Shown here in pieces: positions 25,865 to 34,795 of a stretch of 53,424 bases of DNA; position 1 is the stretch's first letter; the number at the start of each line of letters is the position of its first letter. Both the position numbers and the translations under genes were made by a program. The stretch spans positions 1-53,424 of IMG/VR virus record IMGVR_UViG_3300006945_000001; one strand, given 5' to 3'. The notes below the pieces were generated by a model. That model saw nothing but the letters and a program-made list of their open reading frames with translations, was not told the DNA's origin and did not search any database. Source of the stretch: a virus (Duplodnaviria; Caudoviricetes).

Positions 25865-27449
25865 CTTCACGCTCCTCTGTCTCACGGTCCGTGTCGCGCT
25901 CTGGCTGCGCCGAAGCCGCAGGGCCGGGCAGCTTGACCACGACCAGGCCGTCGCGCTCGCGCATCCGGCGCTCTTTCACCTGCTCGCGGTGCTTGTCCTT
26001 CCACACGCCGCCGGTGAGCTGCATCGTCTCTTCGGCCAGCGTGCTGACGCCGATCTCCAGGCGCTTCGCCGCCGCGTCCACTTCCTTCGTGGGGTCAATC
26101 TGCGCGGGCGCGTCCCCGATCCAGTCCGCTTGCAGGTAGGCGATGCGGCGTGCTGGATCATCGAAGAAACCCGGAGCGACGATGCGACCCAGCGCCACGG
26201 CTTCTTCCATCCACGCCTCGTACACCGGCGCGCAGAACGTCTGCGCCAGAAACTCCCGGCGCAGGCGGAAGAATTTCCAGGCCTCCATCAGCGCCGCGCG
26301 TGCCGCGCTGTAACTCGCGGTGAAGTGCTTGATCAGCACCTCGAACGGCAGGCCCAGCGCGACGCCGATCTGCCGCAGGACCGACTGCACAAACGGGTCG
26401 AATGCCGTGTTCGGACGGTTCGGGCTGACCGTCGCGATGTCTTCGCCGGGAGCCAGGTCCACGATGGTGCCCGTGCCCAAGCGGATCTCTGCGTTGCCCG
26501 CTGCCACTGCGGAGTCGCCCACGGGGGGCGCAAAGCCGTCGCCCGATTCGGATTTGACGAACACAGTCAGCAGCGATGCCACGACGGCGGCCATCAGTTC
26601 CGACTCGGTGTATTTGTCCAGCTGCTTCAGCGGCTCGATCACCGGGGCAAGGTAAGGCACGCCGCGCGTCTGTCCGGGCCGCGTGCGCTCGAAGATGTGC
26701 AGGACGTTGCGGCGGCCCGTTCGCGCGCCAAAGGCGGGCACGCGGGTAAACTCCTGCTTGATTCCTTCCGGGCTGCCGGGATGATGGCGCAGGATGTGGT
26801 AGGCCAAGGGCGCGCCGTTCGCGTCCATCTCGACGCCGGCGACGATCTTGTTGCCCGCGTTTTCCTTCTTGCCCGTGGGCGTTTCCACGCGGTCGGCTTC
26901 CACCACCTGCACGCGCAGCGCGTAGGGATTCGTGCGGCTCTCGATCATCGGTAGCAGCACGAAGGCGTCGCCACTTTCGAGTGCGGAGCGGAAGACCAGG
27001 CTTTGCAGGCCGTAGAAATTCTGCGTGCGGGTCACGTCGCACTCCGCGGACTCGGCCCACACGCGGAACTCGCGCTCTACTTGGGCCGTCCACTCGTCGG
27101 CTTGCTCCTCGGTCATTCCAAGGGCTTCCCAATCGGGACGGGGAAGAAGGCTCAGGCCCGTGCCCACCACGTTCATGACCACGGTGTTGACGGCGCCCGT
27201 GGCCAGCGGCGCGTTGCGCACCATGTCGCGGCTTCGCGCGCGCAGCGTATCGAGATCAAACAGCGTGTCCTCGTCGGCGCTCGCGGGCGTAACGAACCAG
27301 TCCCTGAGCGACCGGCGCGTGTAGCTGGCACCCGTCCAACTACCGGCAATGGCCATGACCATCCGCGCGTGCATCCGGCGCGCCCCGCGCACAGGCGAGA
27401 AGAAACTCACAGCGCGGTCAAGCCAGTTCGGTTGTGCCAGAGCGCTCAT
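25851..27449 (-). CDS. Portal protein, lambda family
   Basis: LRARSRDMVRN, GQTRGVP, SYSAARAA, IDPTKE; true start ATG 27449 overlaps the gpW stop. Confidence 0.95.
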   Translation of the reverse strand: MSALAQPNWLDRAVSFFSPVRGARRMHARMVMAIAGSWTGASYTRRSLRDWFVTPASADEDTLFDLDTLRARSRDMVRNAPLATGAVNTVVMNVVGTGLSLLPRPDWEALGMTEEQADEWTAQVEREFRVWAESAECDVTRTQNFYGLQSLVFRSALESGDAFVLLPMIESRTNPYALRVQVVEADRVETPTGKKENAGNKIVAGVEMDANGAPLAYHILRHHPGSPEGIKQEFTRVPAFGARTGRRNVLHIFERTRPGQTRGVPYLAPVIEPLKQLDKYTESELMAAVVASLLTVFVKSESGDGFAPPVGDSAVAAGNAEIRLGTGTIVDLAPGEDIATVSPNRPNTAFDPFVQSVLRQIGVALGLPFEVLIKHFTASYSAARAALMEAWKFFRLRREFLAQTFCAPVYEAWMEEAVALGRIVAPGFFDDPARRIAYLQADWIGDAPAQIDPTKEVDAAAKRLEIGVSTLAEETMQLTGGVWKDKHREQVKERRMRERDGLVVVKLPGPAASAQPERDTDRETEEREDAAA

Positions 27450-27667
27450 TCGTGCGGCACCACCGCCCCGCGCGCCCTTACGCCGCCCCGTGCAAGCTGC
27501 TTCACCATCTGCTGCCAGTAGCGGATGTTTTCGCGGATCTCGCGAGCGTCCGCGCGAGTGAGCGCGCGCCCGCCGAGCGAGTACGCCTGCCCCTTGGCAA
27601 CCGCCGAATCCGCGGACAGCCACTCAGTCAGGTGCTGCTCGGCTTGCGCGAGCGTCAGTCCGGCCAT
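27446..27667 (-). CDS. Head-tail adaptor (gpW/DUF6148-like)
   Basis: GQAYSLGGRALTRAD; immediately upstream of the portal. Confidence 0.85.
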   Translation of the reverse strand: MAGLTLAQAEQHLTEWLSADSAVAKGQAYSLGGRALTRADAREIRENIRYWQQMVKQLARGGVRARGAVVPHE

Positions 27668-27677
27668 GATGCGACGC

Positions 27678-27715
27678 AGTATGGGGACACCTAAAGGTGT
27701 ACGTCAATTGTCTTG
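27678..27715 (-). promoter_or_regulatory. Putative head-operon promoter with operator palindrome (copy 3) in the spacer
   Basis: TTGACG-N18-CATACT; the spacer holds ACACCTAAAGGTGT (27687-27700); CAATTGTCTTG at 27705-27715 is also at 34712-34722. Confidence 0.6.
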
Positions 27716-27818
27716 GTTAACGAGACGCGTCAGAAGAGGGCGGCGAATCCGGTTTCTCTGGTGCGTAGCGCGACTTGGTTGACCCTGATGTAGAATGCCG
27801 CCATCTCGGAGGTGTCAA

Positions 27819-28406
27819 ATGCAGACCATGAGGCGCCCTGGGGGAAACTGGTCGATTTCCAGAATTGATGAGGCAGAACACTTCCAGACAGTTCTTTATG
27901 AGATCGACATGCTCCGTTTTGCATATTCGCGGATCGTACAGCCTCCTGAAGGAGCTAGGGAGGCAGATGTGTGGGCGTACCTAGAGTCGTTCTTGCTGCA
28001 TTACAGAAACCTTTTGGAGTTCTTTGGGAAATCACGTGCGCGCGACACAGATTTGACCATCCAACGGCCCGAGGCGATATGGTCGGCTCAAGCCGGTGTT
28101 CCGGATGGTCCTGCCAAAGAGGTTCTGGAAAAGATGCGGGCGCTCGGGAACAAATTGTGGGAGAAATACGAAGACTCAGACAGAAGAGACGATACTATTT
28201 CGAGATATCTACAGCACTGCACGACTTACAGAGTATCTCCCAAGGCGTGGTTTCCAGCTGAGATGATGAGCGAGATAAGCGAGCTTCTCGCCCTTTTTGA
28301 CAAACATCTTCCCAAGTTCCAGCCAGCCACACACTCACGGCAAGTAGATCGCGCTCACTTCCTTGGCGGCGAGTCGGTCAGTACACATTCGGGCTCTACT
28401 TCGTAG
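27819..28406 (+). CDS. Accessory protein, possibly HEPN-like
   Basis: GGAGGT SD, TAGAAT at 27791; helical; YLESFLLHYRNLLEFF and RYLQH (RxxxH). Confidence 0.55.
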   Translation: MQTMRRPGGNWSISRIDEAEHFQTVLYEIDMLRFAYSRIVQPPEGAREADVWAYLESFLLHYRNLLEFFGKSRARDTDLTIQRPEAIWSAQAGVPDGPAKEVLEKMRALGNKLWEKYEDSDRRDDTISRYLQHCTTYRVSPKAWFPAEMMSEISELLALFDKHLPKFQPATHSRQVDRAHFLGGESVSTHSGSTS

Positions 28407-28454
28407 CGGATCACCCAGTAGCGCAAGGAGACGTGCTTGGGACTGGAGGTAACC

Positions 28455-28919
28455 ATGCCGCCGACAAATTCCGGACCTATTAACAGGAGTACCCTGAAGG
28501 AACTGACCGATTTTCAATCTGCGATGTACGAGAAGGCCTCTACGTACACCAAGATTATCATGGGCCTGGGTTATGGCGGTTTCTTTGCCGCTTGGTCAGG
28601 AACCAAGTCGCATCTTTCACCCAAACTATTGATAAGCTCCGCTTTGCTAGTCACCGTGTCCCTTGTTCTGTACATCGTGTTCGAGATTATTCAGACCATG
28701 ATTGCGTCCTATCTTTCGATTGAATTCGCGAACGCTGTGAACAAGCCCGATGCAGACGTGCCTGCTGCTCTGCAGGCGTACCGCAACCGGGCGTCAAAGC
28801 TCACCAAGCCCTTGCTGTCGGTCTGGAAGTTCGTTTTTCCACTGAGCGCTCTGACCGGTCTGGTTGGTGCAGGCATTCTGATTTATGCGTTTGTCGCCGG
28901 CCTCTTCCGTATGTGCTAG
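28455..28919 (+). CDS. Accessory membrane protein (3 TM)
   Basis: GGAGGT SD; three hydrophobic segments; stop overlaps the terL stop convergently. Confidence 0.7.
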   Translation: MPPTNSGPINRSTLKELTDFQSAMYEKASTYTKIIMGLGYGGFFAAWSGTKSHLSPKLLISSALLVTVSLVLYIVFEIIQTMIASYLSIEFANAVNKPDADVPAALQAYRNRASKLTKPLLSVWKFVFPLSALTGLVGAGILIYAFVAGLFRMC

Positions 28920-30847
28920 AACGCACCTTGGGTGCGGACGCGACGCACTTTTGCAACCCACGTTTCTGGAGTCCGCCCCTGCCGCACGGCTTCGGCGAGC
29001 TTGCCCAAGTCGCGGTAGATGGCAGGGGCGATGGAGTGTTGCAAGGCAAAGAGTCCCGCATGGCAGTACACAGTCAGGTCCAGCGCCTCGTTGCGATTGT
29101 ACGTCTTGACGTAGAGCACCTTCTTAGTGCGGGTGCGCTTGTCGCGCACCGTGATCTTCTTCTCGCCGGTCAGCTGCTCCAGATATTCGTCTGTCACCCA
29201 ATCGGGAAGGTGCATGTAGCCGGAGCCGGGGCGTGGAATCTTCATCCGGGCGAAGACGCGATCTTTCGCGGCGTAGGTCGCGACGGCGAAGAGACGGATG
29301 TTGCTGCGTTTGGTCGAGCCCTCCTGAACGAGCCCCGGTTTACTCAGGTAGTCCACGCCCTTGCAGGCAAAGATGCGGCGGCGGGTGTGCTGGCGCGGCA
29401 GAACGTAGTCGTACACGCTGTCGGCGTGCGCGCCGGCGTCCACCAGCACAATCGCCGGCGTCAGAGTGGCTCCCTTGGGATGCGGCCACTGCTTCAACAG
29501 AAACTGGTCTAGCTGCTCCCACACGTTGACAGCCGTCTCCGGGTCAACCTCGACGCCGGGATTGCCCCAAAAGACTTCATGGGCGATCAGCCAGGATTCT
29601 TCGCCCGGCCCGAAGCCCACGATCTGCGCCTCGATCCGGTTGTGCTGCACGTCCGCCGCCGCGACCAGCACGCAGACACCTTCCGGCACGGGCGCGGGAT
29701 ACTTCTCGCGGCGCGCGGCCAGGACGTGCGCCCCGAAACTCTCGCCGCCTTCATCCCACGTCTCGCCCAGGCGCAGGTTCACAAACGCCTTCAGCTTCTC
29801 GGGGTTGTCCTGGGCCTCGGTCCACTCCTGGGCGAGCTCGTGCCAGTTGAGGCGCCACGGGCTGTAAAGCGCGTTGATGTGGAAGCCCACTACTTTCGTG
29901 CGCTCTGGAAACTTGGCTCTCCATTCTCCGCCCGCGAGCATCCGCTGCTTGAACTTCTCATCTATGCCCCTGCCGCACCTGGGGTCGGCGCAGAGATAGC
30001 GCACCGTCTCCGGGATCGGATTCCCGTTCGCGTCCTTATCCCACACCAGCCGATGCACGCCATTTTCATCGCGCCAGCAGAGCACCTGCATGTGCCCGCA
30101 AAACGGGCAGGGGACGAAGTAGCGCATCTGATTGCTGCGCTCGTAGTCGGCCTCGATGCGGGAGAGGCCCCTCGGCCTGCCGGGCGTGCTGCCCTTGAGG
30201 ATCTTCGCGTCGTCGAACGTGTCGGTGCGCCGCGTGGCAATCTCCACCGGATCGCCCTCGCCGTCCACGTCGTCCGGGTAGCCGTCCACTTCATCGAGCA
30301 GCAGGATGGCGATAGGGTCGGAGCGCAGGCCTGCGCCCGCGTTCGCCCCGGTGATCTTCAGGAAGCCGCCGTCGAATTCCTTGAGCAGCATGGAGTTTCC
30401 GGGCCGCCGTGACGTGGCTTCGCGCACCTTAGCCTTCAGCGCCGGGCACGCGGCAATCATCGGCGCGATGCGCTTGCGGCTGTACTCTTTGGCTGTGTGG
30501 TCGGTGGGCTGCACCAGCATGATGGGCTTCGGGTCGGCGTCAATGAAGTAGCCCACGATGTTGTTGAGCACGCCATCGCTCCAGCCCACCTGCGTGCTTT
30601 TCATGCAGACGATCTCGCGCACCTCAGGATTGAGTATGGCGTCCATCATCTCGCGCTGGAAGGATTCGGTAACCCACTGCCCAGGGCGGGCGCTGGTGCC
30701 TTTAGGAAGGATACGGTTTCGCTCGGCCCACTCGCTGACCTTCAGCGTCGGCGGCGGAGCCAGCAGTTGCCGCGCCAGGCGGCCCCTTGCGCTCCGAATC
30801 CGGGCCAGCGGTTCCGGGGTGGTCAGCGGTTCCATTGGCAAACTCAT
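28916..30847 (-). CDS. terL: Terminase large subunit, GpA family
   Basis: MKSTQVGWS Walker A variant, LLDEVDGY Walker B, STP, YFVPCPFCG, RNEALD. Confidence 0.97.
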   Translation of the reverse strand: MSLPMEPLTTPEPLARIRSARGRLARQLLAPPPTLKVSEWAERNRILPKGTSARPGQWVTESFQREMMDAILNPEVREIVCMKSTQVGWSDGVLNNIVGYFIDADPKPIMLVQPTDHTAKEYSRKRIAPMIAACPALKAKVREATSRRPGNSMLLKEFDGGFLKITGANAGAGLRSDPIAILLLDEVDGYPDDVDGEGDPVEIATRRTDTFDDAKILKGSTPGRPRGLSRIEADYERSNQMRYFVPCPFCGHMQVLCWRDENGVHRLVWDKDANGNPIPETVRYLCADPRCGRGIDEKFKQRMLAGGEWRAKFPERTKVVGFHINALYSPWRLNWHELAQEWTEAQDNPEKLKAFVNLRLGETWDEGGESFGAHVLAARREKYPAPVPEGVCVLVAAADVQHNRIEAQIVGFGPGEESWLIAHEVFWGNPGVEVDPETAVNVWEQLDQFLLKQWPHPKGATLTPAIVLVDAGAHADSVYDYVLPRQHTRRRIFACKGVDYLSKPGLVQEGSTKRSNIRLFAVATYAAKDRVFARMKIPRPGSGYMHLPDWVTDEYLEQLTGEKKITVRDKRTRTKKVLYVKTYNRNEALDLTVYCHAGLFALQHSIAPAIYRDLGKLAEAVRQGRTPETWVAKVRRVRTQGAF

Positions 30848-31295
30848 TGGCCAAAGCGGTCAGGGCCTCGCGTATCGCTTTATCGAGCCGCGTTTTGACG
30901 ACCGTGCGATTCTCGCCTTCGAGATGTGGCGCGAGCCGCGCGGGCAGCGTGAGCAGCCGCTGGCGCAACACCGTGAAGATCTCGCCCACCTCCTGCTCAT
31001 AGACGGCCGCCGGGATCAACTCGCCGCGACGCGCGCCGAGTTCCAGCTCCTCCCGGTCCGCCTGGGCCTTGACGAGCCGCTGCCGCTCCTGGCGCAGCGA
31101 CGCGCCGATGGCGTCCTGCGGAATCTCCCGGCGCTCCAGGGCCTTTTGCAGGTAGCGGACGTACCACATCAGACAGAGCCCGACGTCGTACTTCCCCTTC
31201 TCCGGGCGCGGCATCCCATCGGCGACCAACTGCTGCACGCGGCGCACGCCGATGTTGAGCGCACGCGCAACCTTTTCGACTCCCACCAGCGCCAT
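30702..31295 (-). CDS. terS: Terminase small subunit (Nu1-like)
   Basis: N-terminal winged HTH (VARALNIGVRRVQQL..G..KYD), ERQRLVKAQAD, GELIP. Confidence 0.85.
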   Translation of the reverse strand: MALVGVEKVARALNIGVRRVQQLVADGMPRPEKGKYDVGLCLMWYVRYLQKALERREIPQDAIGASLRQERQRLVKAQADREELELGARRGELIPAAVYEQEVGEIFTVLRQRLLTLPARLAPHLEGENRTVVKTRLDKAIREALTALANEFANGTADHPGTAGPDSERKGPPGAATAGSAADAEGQRVGRAKPYPS

Positions 31296-31301
31296 GCTGC
31301 C

Positions 31302-31874
31302 TCACCCCTGGGGCACCCAGGATTTACCGAAGTCTGTGCGCTCGCGGCCCACCTGCTCAGGCATCCCGGCGCGATCCTCCAGCCGCTCGACTTCTTCATC
31401 TTCCATCACCAGCCGCTGCATGATGTCGGCCTTCTCGACCCCCTCAGCGACCATCGTGCGCACGATCTCAGCCATCGGCAGGACGGCGTGCGTGCCGCGC
31501 GCGCGGTTGTGGCGAATCGTGCTCATCATGCGATGCACCGGGTCAAGTGCGACTTTGACCACGGGCACCATCCCGCCGTAGAGCTGCATCAGGCGCAGGT
31601 CGCCGCTGACCAGGTAGCGGTGGAAGCCGTCTACGATGGTGTAGTCAGGCAGCACGACGATGGGCTGCGTGAAGCCATCTTCGAGAATGCTGACGATGAG
31701 CAACTCCAACTCGGGCGGGGCGACCCGGTTCGGGTTGTAGTGGTTCGGCTTCAGCAGGTCGCGATGCACCCACTCGACGCGGCTCACCGGTTCGCTGGCC
31801 AGATCGCGTGGCCCCGATGAATCGGGGCGCGGCGCGCCTGCTACGATCCTCTCGCCTTTCGCGTTCTCTGTCAT
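31302..31874 (-). CDS. ibrB: ParB/Srx-like protein, IbrB-like
   Basis: PNHYNPNRV, SILEDGFTQPIV, IVDGFHR, STIRHNRARGTH. Confidence 0.85.
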   Translation of the reverse strand: MTENAKGERIVAGAPRPDSSGPRDLASEPVSRVEWVHRDLLKPNHYNPNRVAPPELELLIVSILEDGFTQPIVVLPDYTIVDGFHRYLVSGDLRLMQLYGGMVPVVKVALDPVHRMMSTIRHNRARGTHAVLPMAEIVRTMVAEGVEKADIMQRLVMEDEEVERLEDRAGMPEQVGRERTDFGKSWVPQG

Positions 31875-31878
31875 CGGC

Positions 31879-33063
31879 TCAGTACCTCGTGCCCAGGTCA
31901 AGCTCGGTTACGTCGGCGATGCTGACGCCGGCCTTCTTCCGCGCCTGCGTCGCGTGGCTGTTCATTGTGCGGCTGCGGCGGCCCTTCAGGTCGCCGCGAT
32001 TGACCACCATCGCCAGGAACTTCCAGCTGAGGCCAGTGAGCAGATCGGGCTGTTCCTCAGGGACAGGCCTGCTGGTTTTGGTCTTGTGCTCGCGCAGTAA
32101 CATCACCAGATTTTTGGCGATGGCCGCCTTCAGGTCTGCTGGGTAGAGATCAAGCAGCCGGTACGTCCACTCGCGCCACGTCAGGCCAGGCGGCTTTTCG
32201 ATCTTCCCGTAACCGTAGAGCTCGGTGTTCGCGTAGCGGCCCGCCGTAGCCGCTCCATGCACGCGATTGATCATCTTGTGCCAGAGGTCGGGCCAGCACT
32301 GCGCGTAAATCCAGAGCCCGCTCAGCGGCTCTTCGCCGTAAGGCGGGCAGACGCGCTGGTCGCTCAGCGGCATCCCGGCTTTCTGCATCAGATCGTAGGC
32401 GCGGTTGTAGTCCCAGCCGAACCGCTTGGGCGCAACCCACACGTCGAACGTCGTCCAGTCATAGATCGGGCTGGCGGGGTAGCTGTAGCCTTCGCGCGGG
32501 TTGCCGATCCAGTTGTCGCGCAGCTTCATGGCCACGCTGCGGTATCGGCGCAGCGATTCGTCGGCGCGGATGCCGCGAATGTCAGCCACGGTGCCGTGTT
32601 CTTTCCCATAGACCAAATGGGCCAGCTCCGGGATGCCCATGCCCCACTGGAAGCCGGGCAATTCGGTGATTGCGCCTTCCGGCATCGGGCGCACCCAGAG
32701 GTGTTTCTCTGCCGGGTCCCAGCAATACCAGTAGGGTTGTTTGCGGCTGCAAGCGTTTCTGTGGCGCACAGGAATGCAAAGCCACTTCAGGCGCACATCC
32801 GGGCGCTGGGCCACGCGCGCAACGTACTCGATGGTTTCCGGGTGAATCGCTTCCTCGTCCCAGAAGTACACATCGAGCGGCGTGCGGCCCCGTTCGCCCG
32901 CGACCTGCAAGGCCAGGTTGAGACAGACGGTCGAGTCCTTGCCGCCGCTGAAGCTGACCACGACGGTATCAAAGCGCTCGTAGCATTCGCGGATGCGACG
33001 CAGCGCCGCCGCGTACACGTCTTCCTCGACCAGCTGCTTTTTGTAGATTCGCGTCTTGGCCAC
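31879..33063 (-). CDS. ibrA: PAPS-reductase-family PP-loop protein, IbrA-like (DUF3440)
   Basis: VSFSGGKDS, GIRADESLRR, PIYDW...DVW, YNRAYD, QRVCPPYG. Confidence 0.88.
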   Translation of the reverse strand: MAKTRIYKKQLVEEDVYAAALRRIRECYERFDTVVVSFSGGKDSTVCLNLALQVAGERGRTPLDVYFWDEEAIHPETIEYVARVAQRPDVRLKWLCIPVRHRNACSRKQPYWYCWDPAEKHLWVRPMPEGAITELPGFQWGMGIPELAHLVYGKEHGTVADIRGIRADESLRRYRSVAMKLRDNWIGNPREGYSYPASPIYDWTTFDVWVAPKRFGWDYNRAYDLMQKAGMPLSDQRVCPPYGEEPLSGLWIYAQCWPDLWHKMINRVHGAATAGRYANTELYGYGKIEKPPGLTWREWTYRLLDLYPADLKAAIAKNLVMLLREHKTKTSRPVPEEQPDLLTGLSWKFLAMVVNRGDLKGRRSRTMNSHATQARKKAGVSIADVTELDLGTRY

Positions 33064-33075
33064 GCGCGCCCTCGG

Positions 33076-33777
33076 CTACCTGGTGCGGATTTCTTCGATC
33101 TCGGACGCGCTCACGCCGTTGACGATGGTGCGGTTGATCATCGGGTGCTTCTCGTCGGTCGGGCCGAAGTCGCTATCCGGGTGATAGGCCAGCACGCGCA
33201 TGTCTTCGCCGCAAGGCGTGCGGAAGCTGTGCAGCCCGCCCGTGTGGATGCAGAAGATCATGCCGGGCACCAGGTCAACCGTACCGTCCGGCGTAATGCA
33301 CTGACCGCGCCCGCTCAAGATCATCCCAATGCGGTCGCTGGGATGCGTGTGCTGCGTCTGGTCAATTCCGGCGGGGAAATACAGCAGGTTGAGGCACGGA
33401 TCGCCCAGGCGCACGGGCGGAATCAGCAGGCTGTCCGTGCAGCCGTCAATGTACTTCAGCCGTCCGGTATGTTCGGTAGGCCCGCCGATGTGGAAGAAGC
33501 CCTGCCAGTTTTCGCGCGTCACGACGATGCCCCTGCCGCCGCCAATCATGCGGAAAGCGCCCGGCACGCTGAAGTACATGCCGGGATGCAGGTGGAAGAC
33601 GCGGCCGTCCACGAGCAGGATCGGCTGGCCTTCGTGTACATAACCGAAGTGCGTGCCCGCGTCGTCTTCGGCCACCAGCGCCTGGTCGGGCACAAAGGCG
33701 CTCAAGTAGCTGGGAAACTGCCGGTCTAGGTCGGCGATCTTTCCGTGCTGCCAGTCGAAGTGGCTAAAACTTCTCAT
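33076..33777 (-). CDS. Cupin-domain protein (probable bicupin)
   Basis: QTQHTHPSDRIGMILSGRG and GGLHSFRT metal-binding cupin motifs; YIDGCTDSLL. Confidence 0.8.
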   Translation of the reverse strand: MRSFSHFDWQHGKIADLDRQFPSYLSAFVPDQALVAEDDAGTHFGYVHEGQPILLVDGRVFHLHPGMYFSVPGAFRMIGGGRGIVVTRENWQGFFHIGGPTEHTGRLKYIDGCTDSLLIPPVRLGDPCLNLLYFPAGIDQTQHTHPSDRIGMILSGRGQCITPDGTVDLVPGMIFCIHTGGLHSFRTPCGEDMRVLAYHPDSDFGPTDEKHPMINRTIVNGVSASEIEEIRTR

Positions 33778-34450
33778 CGTGTTCCTCCAGGTAGAGTTCG
33801 CAGATGTGGAACAGCGCGTCGCCGCGCCGCTCGAACCGTTCCCGCTGTTTCGCCAGCTGAATGGCCGCGTTCACCACGTTGCGCTGCTCGAACGACAGCA
33901 CCTCGCTGAACGTCACCAGCGGGTTCCCATCGCCCTGGCTTCCATCAGCCGGCGCGCCGTCAGCCTGGCCGGCTTCAAGAGGCTCATCGTCCTCGCCAGC
34001 CTCAGCGCCCGCGATCTTTTCAAGCGCCGATTCGTCCAGATCGTCGGCGATGCGCTTCAGGTCGTCCTCGGTGAAGCCCGCCTGCCCGATCAGCTGCACG
34101 TCCAGGCCGCGCAGCTCCTCGATCTCCTGAGCCAGCAGGCCGATGTCCCAATCGCTGTCGCGGTTTGTGCGGTTGTCGGCCAGGCGCAGCGCCTTCACTT
34201 TCTCCGGCGAAAGGTTCCCCGCGACCACGACAGGCACCTGCTTTGCTTCCAGCAGCTTCGCCGCCTCCAGCCGCCCGTGGCCGATGATGACCACGAACTC
34301 TCGGTCCACCACGATGGGCTGCTGCCAGCCGAACGCCGCGATGGAGTCCGCGATCTTGCGAATCGAGTCTTCGCTGCGCCTGCGCGGGTTGGGCCAGTAG
34401 GGCTTCAGTTTCTCGATTCCGACCCACTGCACCTTCACCGGACACCCCAT
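33764..34450 (-). CDS. ParB N-terminal-domain protein with no fused methyltransferase
   Basis: LKPYWPNPR, SIAAFGWQQPIVVD, IIGHGRLEAA, LRLADNR; acidic linker, short C-terminal domain. Confidence 0.85.
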   Translation of the reverse strand: MGCPVKVQWVGIEKLKPYWPNPRRRSEDSIRKIADSIAAFGWQQPIVVDREFVVIIGHGRLEAAKLLEAKQVPVVVAGNLSPEKVKALRLADNRTNRDSDWDIGLLAQEIEELRGLDVQLIGQAGFTEDDLKRIADDLDESALEKIAGAEAGEDDEPLEAGQADGAPADGSQGDGNPLVTFSEVLSFEQRNVVNAAIQLAKQRERFERRGDALFHICELYLEEHDEKF

Positions 34451-34586
34451 TTCGCTTTCTGGCGGGGTCTCCGCGCAGGCCGAAAGTGCTCAAAACTCGC
34501 ATCAGGACTGGTCAAAATGCCCATTTCGCTGCTCGCTCCAAGCGAAACGAAATGACAAATTTTTCCGGCTTACACTGGCGTGAGGC

Positions 34587-34630
34587 CGCGCCCGCCGTCA
34601 CCCGCGAAGTCAGGGGTGCTGAAAGGACCC
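34587..34630 (-). other. Putative cos site (cosQ plus cosN)
   Basis: Minus strand GGGTCCT (identical to lambda cosQ), 21 nt, then a 12-mer GGTGACGGCGGG flanked by CGCG on both sides; upstream of the packaging operon. Confidence 0.7.
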
Positions 34631-34684
34631 GCTGCCCTTCACGCTTGAGCATTCTTTGCCTTTCAAAGCGCCAGCGAAGGAGAG

Positions 34685-34722
34685 AAGGTAATCCTCTAGG
34701 TGTACCTAATGCAATTGTCTTG
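34685..34722 (-). promoter_or_regulatory. Putative packaging-operon promoter with operator-like site (copy 4)
   Basis: TTGCAT-N18-TACCTT with AATCCTCTAGGTGT (34690-34703) in the spacer region; shares CAATTGTCTTG with the 27.7 kb site. Confidence 0.45.
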
Positions 34723-34795
34723 CTAAAGTGAACATCTTTCAGTGCCTTCGCATCAGGGGTTAAGGCATACTTCTGGGTGCACAAGGAGAGACGCG

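Noticed and set aside
27450-27623. N-terminal extensions in the ORF track for portal and others (holin, tail genes, HD hydrolase)
   Set aside because: They overlap upstream genes; downstream starts with SD or stop-start coupling are more plausible
31879-33063. Dnd/Ssp phosphorothioation operon or sulfate-assimilation cysH
   Set aside because: No DndD/DndE, cysteine desulfurase or cys genes; motifs and the ParB neighbour fit the IbrA/IbrB type
9715-34450. Many long plus-strand and alternate-frame ORFs overlapping structural genes (e.g. 14078-15238, 25827-26954, 30558-31820, 32257-33729)
   Set aside because: Shadow ORFs expected in GC-rich coding DNA; no motifs, and the minus-strand genes explain the region
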